This document shows, piece after piece, positions 1-11,503 of a stretch of 39,868 bases of DNA (the first letter of the stretch is position 1; each line of letters starts with the position of its first letter). The stretch is from assembly GCF_006345805.1 (NCBI RefSeq), contig NW_021835524.1, positions 1 through 39,868 on the forward strand, written 5' to 3'. The translations under genes were made by a program, and so were the position numbers. The notes below the pieces were generated by a model. It worked only from the letters and a program-made list of their open reading frames with translations. It had not been told where the DNA came from and did not search any database. The stretch comes from Octopus sinensis. Lineage: Eukaryota.

Positions 1-240
1 AAAATAAAAAAAAGTAACAGCAAAAAAGATAATAAAAGTAATAAATATCTATCTTTTTAAAGAATTTTAAGATTCTTTGATAACATATAATTTCCATTCC
101 AGTTTATCTTGTTGCTGATTCACCCATTTATCTGACCAATTCTTTAAGAAAAGTACTGCAATTTTTAATAAACTGCTGTTTGTCTTTGGTGGTGGTGGTG
201 GCAACGGCAGTGGTGGCTGGTTTGTTTACTCTTACTCTGT

Positions 241-619
241 TACTCTTTTACTTGTTTCAGTCATTTGACTGTGGCCATGCTGGAGCACCGCCTTTAGTCG
301 AGCAAATCGACCCCGGGACTTGTTCTTTGTAGGCCCAGTACTTATTCTATCGGTCTCTTTTCGCCGAACCGCTAAGTGACGGGAACGTAAACACACCAGC
401 ATCGGTTGTCAAGCAATGCTAGGGGGACAAACACAGACACACACATACATATATACGACGGGCTTCTTTCAGTTTCCGTCTACCAAATCCACTCACAAGG
501 CATTGGTCAGCCTGGGGCTATAGCAGAAGACACTTGCCCAAGATGCGACGCAGTGGGACTGAACCCGGAACCATGTGGTTGGTTAGCAAGCTACTTACCA
601 CACAGCCACTCCTACGCCT
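241..619 (-). mobile_element. SINE family 1 (tRNA head + CORE-like domain + internal CA/TA microsatellite), full length
   Basis: Reverse strand reads AGGCGTAGGAGTGGCTGTGTGG (A box)...GGTTCAGTCCC (B box)...TTGGGCAAGTGTCTTC (CORE-like)...TGACTGAAACAAGTAAAAGAGTA tail. Near-identical copies recur in the window. Resembles published octopus tRNA/CORE SINEs (OR-type); name not verified. Confidence 0.9.
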
Positions 620-887
620 GTTTGTTTATTTGGAAGCCTGGCTGGTTCTCTTCTCTGCAAACTTTCAGTTCAGTTTGGTTTGGTTCGGTTCGGTTTGGTT
701 CTGCTGAATCAGTTCTTGCGGTCGTCCGCTTCATTTTGCTGGGACGGTCGTCGATGGCTCGTCAGTCAGTTGTTCCTAATTATGTTCCTAATTTAGTCTC
801 GAAATGTCCAATCTCCACCTTTGTTACCCCTCACCCTCCCAAAAATGTATTCAATTTCCATTTCCACAAGCATGTATATATTCTCTT

Positions 888-1282
888 TACTCTTTTACTT
901 GTTTCAGTCATTTGACTGTCGCCATGCTGGAGCACCGCCTTTAATCGAGCAAATCGACCCCAGGACTTATTCTTTGTAAGCCTAGTACTTATATTCTATC
1001 GGTCTCTTTTGCCGAACCTCTAAGTGACGGGACATAAACACACCACCATCGGTTGTCAAGCAATGCTAGGGGGACAAACACAAACATACACGCACACATA
1101 TATATACATACATATATACGACGGGCTTCTTTCAGTTTCTGTCTACCAAATCCACTCACATGGCTTTGGTCGGCCCGAGGCTATAGTAGAAGACACTTGT
1201 CCAAGGCGCCACGCAGTGGGACTGAACCCGGAACCATGTGGTTGGTAAACAAGCTACTTACCACACAGCCTCTCCTGCACCT
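888..1282 (-). mobile_element. SINE family 1, full length
   Basis: Colinear with 241-619 over the whole length. Confidence 0.9.
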
Positions 1283-1540
1283 TATTGGGAAAATTCTTCC
1301 TTCCCATGGTTTATTAATAAATTCTGTTGTTGTTGTTATTGTTGTCCGTATCAATCCAATGTATCCCATTTCATTTCAATTCCTTGTTCCTGTCTCCTAG
1401 CTCCATTGTCTCTGATAGGCAGGCACAACTGTGGAATATGGTAAATTCTTTGTCATAGTTAGTTTCAATGTTTGTGGGGGTGGTTACTGGAGGAGGGGAT
1501 ACAAAGTGGAGGAGGTGCGTTGGTATTTGTCTATTTGTAG

Positions 1541-1767
1541 GCGAGCTGGCAGAAACGTTAGCACGCCGGGCGAAATGCTTAGCATTATTTCGTCTGCGTT
1601 ATGTTGTGAGTTCAAATTCCACCGAGGTCGACTTTGCCTTTCATCCTTTCGGGGTCGATAAATTAAGTACCAGTTACGCACTGGGGTCGATGTAATCGAC
1701 TTAATACCTATGTCTGTCCTTGTTTGTCCCCTCTGTGTTTAGCCCCTTGTTGGGCAGTAACGAAATA
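1541..1767 (+). mobile_element. SINE family 2 (tRNA-like head + Meta/MESC-like domain), with 19-bp TSD
   Basis: GCGAGCTGGCAGAAACG (A box), GAGTTCAAATTCC (B box), GACTTTGCCTTTCATCCTTTCGGGGTCGATAAATTAAGTACC central domain. Flanked by direct repeat GGTATTTGTCTATTTGTAG at 1522-1540 and 1768-1786. Confidence 0.9.
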
Positions 1768-1858
1768 GGTATTTGTCTATTTGTAGACCATGACCAATTC
1801 CACCTGACAACGATCAATTCTTCTTGGGTTTGGTCTTCTCAGTGTGTCTTATATAATG

Positions 1859-1925
1859 GGCGAAGACATAGTCGTGTGGTAAAAAGTTCGCTTCCCATCC
1901 CCGTGATTCTGAGTTCGGTCCCACT
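1859..1925 (+). mobile_element. Isolated degenerate tRNA-like head of SINE family 1
   Basis: GGCGAAGACATAGTCGTGTGGTAAAAAG...GAGTTCGGTCCCACT aligns with the family 1 head. Confidence 0.5.
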
Positions 1926-1992
1926 TTCGTTTCGACTCCACGGCCCTGACTCCACAGCCCTGACTCTGAAAGATTCTCAGGTGCAAACAGTT

Positions 1993-2174
1993 TCAACCCC
2001 TTTAACATTTGAAATTAATCGCACAAGGTCTTGCAGTGTCAGGATTTTTTAAATGGTAAGACTCATTGTTATTGGAATGACATTGTAAGGTATGTGTGAG
2101 AGACCAGATCTAGCTGGTTTGAAAATTAATCACGCGGAATATCTGAACCTGATACGGCTGGTTTAAAGGGTTAA
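1993..2174 (-). mobile_element. Degenerate piggyBac-type MITE (family A)
   Basis: Ends in AAAGGGTTAA and begins TCAACCCCTTTAACATT. Internally the reverse complement of 31274-31496. Confidence 0.6.
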
Positions 2175-2624
2175 TTTAATTCTTCTTGAAAAGTTCAGTT
2201 AAATCCCAGGTAAATTCAAATTCAAAGAGAAAATATTACATACAAGCTACCTTCTTTTTTTTTTTTTTTTGCTTTTTTTTTTACATCTCACAGAATTCAT
2301 TGCTTAAGTTTTCAATAAATTACTCCTGATGTCTTCCTTCCTTGCCTGGAGTTTCTTTCTACTCCCCAAGGAGTTTTCTTCCACTCAGCAGAACTGTTTT
2401 AATTTCAATGTCCTTTTCATTCTAAGTCTTATAACCACCAACACCACCTCCAACACCAAGCATCACCTCTTCCTCCAACGCCACCATCTTCTGCATTGCT
2501 TCCTGCTTACTTCCATAGTTAATGCCAAATTTGGTTGATCGACTGAATTTCATTTGTCTTCTTTATCCAATCAGGTTGATATATTTTTGTAATTCTCAAT
2601 GGGTTTTATTGCTTAGTAGAAGTG

Positions 2625-2667
<43 letters not shown>

Positions 2668-2833
2668 CATTACTTTCTTGTGTAGGCATTGGCAACCAGG
2701 AAATTCTTTAATAAGGGAGATGGGCATACTAAATTTATAAGTGAAATTTCTTTAAAGCACCATGTCTTTGAAATAGGATCCTGCACCACGACCATCATCA
2801 TCATCATCACCACCAGCTTATATACTCTCTTGC

Positions 2834-3638
2834 TGCTCTTTTGCTTGTTTCAGTCATTTGGCTGTGGCCATGCTGGAGCACCGCCTTTTTAGTCGAGCAA
2901 ATCGACTCCAGGACTTATTATTCTTTGTAAGCCTAGTACTTATATTCTACCGGTCTCTTTTGCCGAACTGCTAAGTTATGTGAATGTAAACACCAGCATC
3001 GGTTGTCAAGTGATGTTGGGTGGGACAAACATACTCACACACACAGATATATATTTACACATATATATATATATAAATATATACATACATACATAGAGCT
3101 TCTTTCAGTTTCTGTCTACCATATCCACTCACATATATATATATATATATATATACACATACATACGTACATACATTGAGCTTCTTTCAGTTTCCGTCTA
3201 CCAAATCCACTCACAAGGCTTTGGGCGGCCCGAGGCTATAGTAGAAGACACTTGCCCAAGGTGCATGCATATATATATATATATATATATAGACATACAT
3301 ATAATATATATATATAACACATATACATACATACATGCATATATACATGCATGCATGCATGCATGCATGCATGCTGCATACTGCATCATGATATGCATAC
3401 ATGCATCATACATACATACATACATACATACATACATACTACATCATACATACATACATACATACATCCACCCATCCATCCATCCATCTTCTTTCAGTTT
3501 CCGTCTACCAAATCCACTCACAAGGCTTTGGGCGGCCCGAGGCTATAGTAGAAGACACCTGCCCAAGGTGCCATGCAGTGGGAATGAACCCGGAACCATG
3601 TGGTTGGTAAGCAAGCTACTTACCACACAGCCACTCCT
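2834..3638 (-). mobile_element. SINE family 1 expanded by internal duplications and TA/ATGC/CATA/CATC microsatellites
   Basis: Tail at 2834, head at ~3638. The CTTCTTTCAGTTTCCGTCTACC segment occurs three times (3096, 3178, 3488). Confidence 0.85.
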
Positions 3639-4370
3639 TTTATATATATTTCATGTCCATTTTAATTTCAAGACCTCATATCTTCTTCCACAATACAAGA
3701 TGACCTTGGTTTGAAAGAACACTTTTATCAAAATGGAGTTTAGCCTCAACTGATATGCAGGACACTTGATATGCTGTATGCTTTGAGGGGTGTTGAATCT
3801 GTTGTGTTTGTTACTAAACATTTTGGTCAGCCAAGTCACTGGGGATAGGGCCATAGGTCTGTTTAATCAAATCTGACCTGAAGTTATTTGACAACTGACA
3901 AGTTTCCAACAGCAAACACTTCCCTACCACCACCGCCACCCTCTCCCCTTCCCCCTTCTCTCCCTCCCTCAATCTCTCCCCCCTCTCCTCTGCTTCTTGT
4001 CACCATGGTTTCTCTCATGTGGTTTATCTAAGTACTAACTTATCTATTCCAACCTGCCTATCATTCAATGCAAGCTTGTGTGTGATCTTTGGACCCAGAA
4101 TAAGAAGAGCTGTGTTGTCTTGTTATGTCTGGTGGTGGTGGTGGTGCTGGTGGTGGTATTACATTCACAGTTATACAGAGGGTGGTGGTGGTGGCGCAAA
4201 AATAGACATACATTAAGTATAACATCATTGTTATAATACTTAATTCATTAAAAATTAATTAGCACATTAAATTAGTTAGCTTCATTTTTGATATTTTCAG
4301 TGTCATTAATCATAATAATACATTTATCATAACTATAATACTTTTATCATAACTTAAAAATTTATAATAT

Positions 4371-4434
<64 letters not shown>

Positions 4435-4439
4435 TGAAT

Positions 4440-4635
4440 AAATGAAGAATGGAGTCGAACGAAGATGTTAACAAAATTTATTCATATACAACATACAAAT
4501 TTCTGCCCTGAACCCGAGTTTCTACCCTTGACAGGTCGCTTCAACCGTGTTTCTGACATGAATTTGCTACCCAGGTTTCGGTTAAACGAATTCTCCATGC
4601 TGATGATAAACATAGGATAATTCATTCACCTACTT
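4440..4635. mobile_element. Unclassified element fragment embedded in (TA)n
   Basis: Complex CpG-containing block bounded on both sides by (TA)n. Family not recognised. Confidence 0.3.
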
Positions 4636-4680
4636 ATATATTTCTATATATAATATATATATATATATAATATATATATA

Positions 4681-5046
4681 CTAGCAGTATTGCCCGGGTT
4701 TGTTTTGACCCTCTAGAATTGGAATTTTTGAAAAGTAAAAAATTTGCAAAAATGTAGCTAGCTATTCTCTTTAAGTGAACATTTTTCTGATTGAAATACA
4801 CCGAAAAATGGCGACACAGCAGTCAAAAAAATCGTTAAAAAATAAGGATTTTCATAGAAAAAAAGCACATTTTTGGTGTTAACATGGTCCGATTTGAATT
4901 TTTTCTTCTACGGAAGAAAGAGCAAGCCTTCTATCATACTCTCAATTTTGGTCAACTTGCGCCACAGGGTCTCAGAGGAGTTAGTGTTAGTTGAAGGCTA
5001 CCAAACCTGCCATACACAGACAACTTCAGCTTTATATATATAAAGA
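4681..5046 (-). mobile_element. Non-autonomous Helitron
   Basis: Minus strand begins A|TCTTTATATATATAAAGCTG and ends CCCGGGCAATACTGCTAG|T. This gives 5'-TC, 3'-CTAG, insertion between A and T with no TSD, and a residual GC palindrome ~10 nt before CTAG. Confidence 0.75.
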
Positions 5047-5057
5047 TATACATATAT

Positions 5058-5194
5058 AATGGAACAAAAACGCAATAGAGGACAATCAAACATTCAGACA
5101 GGAGAAACAACAATTAGAAGGACAGGCAAAAAAACAGGTCATTCGTGGCCTTCTTTCCTCAGTCAAGTTACCAGAAGTCCTTACTGTTTTGGGC
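5058..5194. mobile_element. Fragment of TA-associated dispersed repeat (same family as 13080-13410 and 23747-23957)
   Basis: AATGGAACAAAAACGC...CAGGTCATTCG aligns with AATGGGACAAGA...GGGTCATTCG of the other copies. Confidence 0.5.
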
Positions 5195-5452
5195 AGTTAT
5201 ATATACATACACACACACATGCACACACATTCATTAATGGTTTCTAACTTTGATGCAATGACAATAAATTTTGGGACTTGGTGATGGGGCCTCTGTGGTT
5301 GCACAACTTGCTAGAGATAGCAGTCAAAATTGCCGACATTCATGAAAGGTCCTCCATAAATTAGTCTTGAACTAATGACTGTTGCAATGTGACAGAACAG
5401 AGCATTGAACTGTCATTTTCATTGTCGGGTGGTTTCATTAATAATGAAGTTT

Positions 5453-5651
5453 TGACCTATAGGACAAAGGTCACCAATTAGGTAATTAACACTGACTCAC
5501 AACAGAGGATATGAAATGGGTTATTTTTGTTTTGTTTTTTTGTTCTTTTGTTTGTTTCTTTTATGTGCTTCTTCTGTCCATTATTTAGTGTTAAACAATT
5601 GACCTTTAAGGTCATTCCTTTAGACTGCCATTACAGCCAATTGACCATTGT
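5453..5651. promoter_or_regulatory. Candidate enhancer: nuclear-receptor half-site cluster
   Basis: TGACCT 5453, DR1 AGGACA-A-AGGTCA 5461-5473, TGACTCA 5493, AACAAT 5594, TGACCT-TTA-AGGTCA 5600-5614, CATTGT 5646. Confidence 0.3.
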
Positions 5652-5705
5652 CCTGCTCATTTAGGAGAATGTAGAAATATTCTATTCAACTTCATTCTTG
5701 TATCA

Positions 5706-5939
5706 TTTTACTTGTTTCAGTCATTTGACTGTGGCCATGCTGGAGCACTGCCTATAGTCCAACAAATCGACCCCAGGACTTATTCTTTGTAAGCTTAGTA
5801 TTTATTGTATCAGTCACTTTTGCCGAACTGCTAAGTTACGGGGACGTAACTACACCAACATCAGTTGTCAAGCAATGGTGGGGGGATTAACACACACTCA
5901 CATACAGCCACATACATATACATACATATATATATATAC

Positions 5940-5972
<33 letters not shown>

Positions 5973-6133
5973 ACAGGCCGCTTTTAGTTTCCATCTACCA
6001 AATCCACTCACAAGGCTCTGGTCGGCCCGATGCTATAGTAGAAGACACTTGCCCAAGGTGCCACACAGTGGGACTGAACCTGAAACCATGCTGTTGGGAA
6101 GCAAGCTTCTTACCACACAGCCATTCCTGCACT
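5706..6133 (-). mobile_element. SINE family 1, full length
   Basis: Colinear with 241-619. Confidence 0.9.
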
Positions 6134-6286
6134 ATGGCTGTGTGGTCTGAAAGAAATATATTATATATACATGTATGTATGTGTATGTATCTATACATTG
6201 TGTGTTAAAAACAAAGAGGGGAAATTTTAGTATATTTGCATTTCCTCAGCTTGGATTTGAACCCTTTTGTTACTCGATATCGGCTT

Positions 6287-6419
6287 CATCTAACGTCCAT
6301 TTTCCATGCTGGTATGGGTTGAACATTTTGACCAGAGCTGGTAAGGCTAGAGGCCCACAGCAGGCTCCATTGTCTGTCTTGGAATGGTTTCTATAGTTGG
6401 GTGCCCTTCCTGATACCAT
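6287..6419 (-). mobile_element. 3' fragment of a third retroposon ((GAT)n-tailed, probably RTE-like LINE/SINE tail)
   Basis: CATCTAACGTCCATTTTCCATGCTGG...GTGCCCTTCCTG. Related to 38781-38863 and 27681-27708. Confidence 0.55.
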
Positions 6420-8605
6420 ATATAATGGAAATATTCCGATATCACTGTTATCCTTATCTTCTTCACACATTTCTTGGTTTGGCTTTTGTAGAGTTAAGGC
6501 TCTTGCTCAAGAACATTGGCATTTTTCTTCATACATTTACTAGCTCCAGTTGCTCTTTCATAGTTCAAAGTGGTTATGCATCAATTCTGAGCCTGAGAAA
6601 TTTGACTTGGTTAACAAATGGAAAAAGAAAGAAAGAAAAAAACATGATGAAGGTCACAACACAACTTCTATTTTGTTATCTAAACATTTCACATATTTGT
6701 GTTTGTGGGTGTTTAAAAACACAAATCAAATCAAGCCGACCAGTGCCCTCACCACCACCACTTCCATCACCACCTCTATCTCCATCCATCACCACTCCTT
6801 CACTGGCCCAAGACTGTAAGTGGTTAAACAATAGGCTAATATAAAGTACAAGCTTGACTTAGATAACCAACATACTTTCAGAGAGAGAGAGAGAAGAGAG
6901 AGAGAGAGCTAGAATGTAGGTTTATAGTGCTAAGTGCTAACTACATGTATATGTCACGCGCGCACACTCTAGTGTCCATCACCTCTCACCATTAGAATCT
7001 GTAATGTTAGAAGCAACCATCAGCTTGAAAATCCCACTTGTCAGTTTGTAGACCATCACATCTGTGAAATCTATTCCAACTGTGAAGGACTTAGCCGCAA
7101 CTCCTTAACCATAGTACTACCACTTTGGCTGTTTCATGTACAGTTATTTTGTCCCAGACAAGATGAATACCATCAAGATTTAGTTAGTGCTGGTCACGTC
7201 TCCTTTCTATATTCCAACTGAGTTTCGTATTTTATTTACTTCAAGCATACTGCTTTTTTTTTTGTCTATATTTCGTTGGACATCTTAGAAATTGGTACCA
7301 TCTGCTTAGAATTGGTGTCCCTAAAGAGCAAATATTTTCCCTTCTGGAATTGGTCACCTCTCCTTACTGATCTACTATAGTGGTTCAAATCAATGTGGTG
7401 TTCTTCATCTAAAGAAATTCTTTTGAATTGAACAGAATAAGGGTTTTCCTCCTAAGTGTTCTACAAGAGTAATTCCATTTAATTAAAAAAACTGACTTCA
7501 ATTATTTAGCCTAATTATTTACATCACTATTGTACTTGGTCCCAAAGGAAGTATAAAGCAAGAAGGCTCTGCAGGAGTGGTTGAATGTCTGGCTTTCAAC
7601 TAATTTACAACAGAATTCCTAAACAGTTCTAAATATCCATAATTTTTGGTAAAGTATCTGTTTTTAATTAGATTTCATACTGGTCAGAATATACTGGACA
7701 AATTCAAATACAGCTTGGATGTTCTATAAAAATTTACCAGTTCACCACTAACCTCAAAAAGAATCTTATTTCTGGCTTATAGATTCTCAACTAATTCAAT
7801 ACAAAAATGAGAAGAAAAAAAAGAATCATTTTCCAACATTTTTTTTATCTGTGTGTGTGTGTGTGTATTATGTACCACACACACACACACACACTTTACC
7901 AATCATTTTGTTGTGTTCTTTTTTGAATCACATTATAAAAGACCCAAAGACTTTCACTTACAACGTAATTGCTATCTAGAATTTTCCTTTTTTATTATAA
8001 TAATTTACCCCAAGGTTCTTGTTTCACTTTTATTTACCATTGCTAATCTGCAACCTCCACTCAACCCCCCCACACACACAATAAACTATCGCTAGTCTTA
8101 TTTGAAAATAAGAATGTTTTCCCTTTCATAATGCAAAGTCAACTAAACGCCACCAATGTCTTTGAATACAGTAAACCACTTGCCCTTCACCAGTGCCATA
8201 CACTCACATCCACCCCATACACCAACTACATTGCTTGTATTATTTACACATTTTGTGCTAACCTTGTCACCAAGCACCTTGGCCTCTCGCTCTCTCTAAA
8301 GTACAACAGCTCAACCATCAGTCTGCTGGCATGCTTCCCAGAGATGCTGCTGCAGTTGTTACCCTCCTTATCACCACCACTAACGTCACATTAAAGTGAT
8401 GTAAATTTGCCTTCAACAGTTATATATCTGACTTCGTATCAGAATATTGAAACCCTTTGACAGTGACATACTGGCCATTTTTTAAAATGATAGATTTTGC
8501 TACTGTTTACTTTCTGATGGAGAAATGCTTCTTGTTGTACCAACACACCCAGATAGATACCCCAGGGGTTGTTGCTCGTGAACAAACATTCAGGAATATT
8601 TTACC

Positions 8606-9098
8606 TATTTCTTTACTACCCACAAGGGGCTAAACACAAAGGGGACGAACAAGGACAGACAAATGGATTAAGTATATTATATCGACCCCAGTGTGTAACT
8701 GGTACTTAATTTATTGACCCTGAAAGGATGAAAGGCAAAGTCGACCTCGGCTGAATTTGAACTCAGAACGTAACGGCAGACGAAATACCTAGTTCTTTAC
8801 TACCCACAAGGGGACGAACAAGGACAGACAAACAGATTAAGTATATTATATCGACCCCAGTGTGTAACTGGTACTTAATTTATTGACCCTGAAAGGATGA
8901 AAGGCAATGTCGACCTCGGCGGAATTTGAACTCAGAACGTAACAGCAGACGAAATACAGCTACGCATTTCGCCTGGCATGATAACGTTTCTGCCAGCTTG
9001 CTTTAAAGAATGAAAGGCAAATTCGACCTCGGAATTTGAACTCAGAATGTAGCAACAGACGAAATACTGCTAAACATTTTGCCCATTCATTTTGCCTT
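8606..9098 (-). mobile_element. Tandem trimer of SINE family 2 bounded by an 18-bp TSD
   Basis: Units 8606-8789, 8790-~9001 and partial ~9004-9098. Direct repeat ATTCAGGAATATTTTACC at 8588-8605 and 9099-9116. Confidence 0.85.
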
Positions 9099-9280
9099 AT
9101 TCAGGAATATTTTACCATTAACTTATATAATCCAGTGTCACCAAAATTTGTGTCTAAACTGTCAGGGTTTGTTAGTCATGTGGAATTATAAGAACATGGG
9201 ATGCAGTGTAACTAAAGCTAAGCGTTTGGGATTGTCTTTGAGTGAGTAAAAGAGCCAATCCGTTGAAGAACTGCCCTCTA

Positions 9281-9497
9281 TAACCTTTTGATACCAACCC
9301 ACTCAAAACCACCCGTGGTTCTATGATACAAATTTGTTTTAAAGTGATTTGAATTTAAACCTTCTGCCAGCATTTCCTGCTAGTTTATATTCCAAACGCT
9401 GCCATAATTATGGCAAAGTTGTTTTACTAAATTCTTCATTGCTTTAAAAATTGAAACATGGACAGTATATTTCAACAGAGATGTGGTAACAGAAGGG
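9281..9497 (+). mobile_element. piggyBac-type MITE (family B), degenerate
   Basis: TAACCTTTTGATACCAACCC...TTTTACTAAATTCTTCATT...GGTAACAGAAGGG. Homologous to the 33519-34402 copies. Confidence 0.7.
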
Positions 9498-9791
9498 TGT
9501 GTTGGAGTTAATCTCTGTATGAAATTATTTTATTCTTCACTTTGGTACAATCCCATGAATTTATTAGTGGGTGAAGAATGGTGCTGAGGATTGGCTTAAT
9601 CATATTGCATCACTGAGATTTATTTTATCAAATGCAGAGGAATAAAAAAGAAAAAAAGTGGCACCCCTAGTGTGATTTGAACTCTGGACACAGAAGTATT
9701 AAGACTGAATGCTCAAGGTATTTAGTCCTGCACTCTACCATTCTGACTTTTGTGCCAATCTTAGAAACTTATTAAGCTTGTAGATTATTTG

Positions 9792-10743
9792 TGCCTGACT
9801 AAATATCCAGTTTTTCTTCCAAAACTTTAAATTCTGAGTTCAAATCTTGGCAAGGGCACCTTAATATTTCATCTCTCTCTCTGGGGTTGAATCCTTTTCC
9901 TTTCAAAACGTTAGCTTCATGCCTAAATTAGAAACTATTATTAATTAGTCCCCACTCCACCCCTAAAACCATTTCAGGCCTTGTCAGGATCGTTAACACG
10001 CTGAGCAAAATGCTTGGCAGCATTTCATCCATCTTTGCATTCTGAGTTCAAATTCCAAGGTTGACTTTTTTTGTCTTTCATCTTCTTTTTTTTGGGGGGG
10101 GGGGGGTAACTAAAAAAAAGTACCAGTTGAGTGCTGGGGTCGATGTAATCAATTAACCCCCCCCTAAATTGCTGGCCTTGTTCCAGAATTTGTAATCTTC
10201 TTTATTATTATTATTGTTGTTATTGTTATTAAGGTGGTAAGCTGGCAGAATTGTTAACACACTGGACGAAATGCTTAGCAGTGTTTTGCCTGTCGCTACA
10301 TTCTGAGTTCAAATTCTGCCACGGTCAACTTTGCCTTTCATCCACTCGGGGTCGATAAAATATGTACCAATTGAACACTGGGGTCGATGTAATCGACTAG
10401 TCCCCATCTACCCCAAGCCACCCTTGTAGCAAAAATTGAAAATAATAATAATAATTATTATTATTATTATTATTATATTATTATAATAATAATTATTATT
10501 ATTATTACTACTAGAGCGGCAAGCTGGCCGAATTATTACCGTGCTGTGCAAAGTGCTTAGCGGTATTTCCTTACGTCCTGAGTTCAAATTCTGCCGAGGT
10601 CAACTTCGCCTTTCATCCTTTTGGTGGGGGGCGATAAATTAAGTACCGGTGAAAGAAACAGTGGAGGGTCAATGTAATCGACCAGACCCCCCCCCCCCCT
10701 CCCTGCCAAATTTCAGGCCTGGTGCCTTTAGCAGAAGAAAGGT
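9792..10743 (+). mobile_element. Head-to-tail cluster of four SINE family 2 copies
   Basis: Copies at ~9792-9984, 9985-10197, 10231-10440 and 10513-10742, each with CTGAGTTCAAAT. The last three are separated by (ATT/AAT)n. Confidence 0.8.
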
Positions 10744-11469
10744 TTATCGTCAATATTCTTTCTTATTTACATTCACAAATTAAAATCTCTATTTATTACA
10801 AATTAAGATCGTAAACTTTATTTTTGAGTATTTACTGAGAAAATCTACACAGAACAAATAAAAGACTCGAAGTTAGTTATTCCTTTGTTGTTGTATATTT
10901 TTGTTATTTTTACCCCCACCCCCAGTCCAATCCTTTTCATTTCATTTCATGTGAATTGTCCCCAAATTATGTTATTTTACCAAAACATAATTTCCGACAG
11001 TTCATATTACCAAAGTTTATCTAAAGGATTTGGTGACAGGCTATTTGGCAGAGGAGGTATCCTTCAGAGGTGGGGTTATATAAAGTTTTTTTTTTTTTGT
11101 GTGTTTTTGTTTTTTTGTAGTCTTAGATGAAATAGGGTCAGGGTTGGGTGGGGGCAGGATAGTTGATAGGCTGGGTAGATAATGCGACTGTTACTTGGTT
11201 TAGCAGTGGTGGTGGTGGTGGTAATGAGGAGGGGGTGTATAGGGCATTTTTGTTTTATTCATTTTCTGTTTTGCTTTTTTGCTTTTTTTTTTTTGTTCAA
11301 GGGCTATAAAGGGGTGGGATCTGACTGGAGAGCATTGGGTCTTGACAGCATGTTCAGTGTAGACTAGGAAAAAGGGCTGACTTGATTGAAATTCTAATTA
11401 TGGTCTTCCTTGTCACAACTGCAAGAACTCTGCAATGCAACCTCTCCTTTCCCTTTTCCCTACCATCCT

Positions 11470-11503
<34 letters not shown>

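Noticed and set aside
664-703. (TTCAG/TTCGG/TTTGG)n pentamer run as a LINE tail or telomeric repeat
   Set aside because: It is short and heterogeneous, is not TTAGGG, and has no attached LINE body.
2290-2545. Minus-strand frame FSRSTKFGINYGSKQEAMQKMVALEEEV... as an exon
   Set aside because: It has in-frame stops, no polypyrimidine acceptor and no recognisable homology.
8606-9098. CRISPR-like repeat array
   Set aside because: Units are ~200-bp SINE multimers without unique spacers, the context is eukaryotic, and there are no cas genes.
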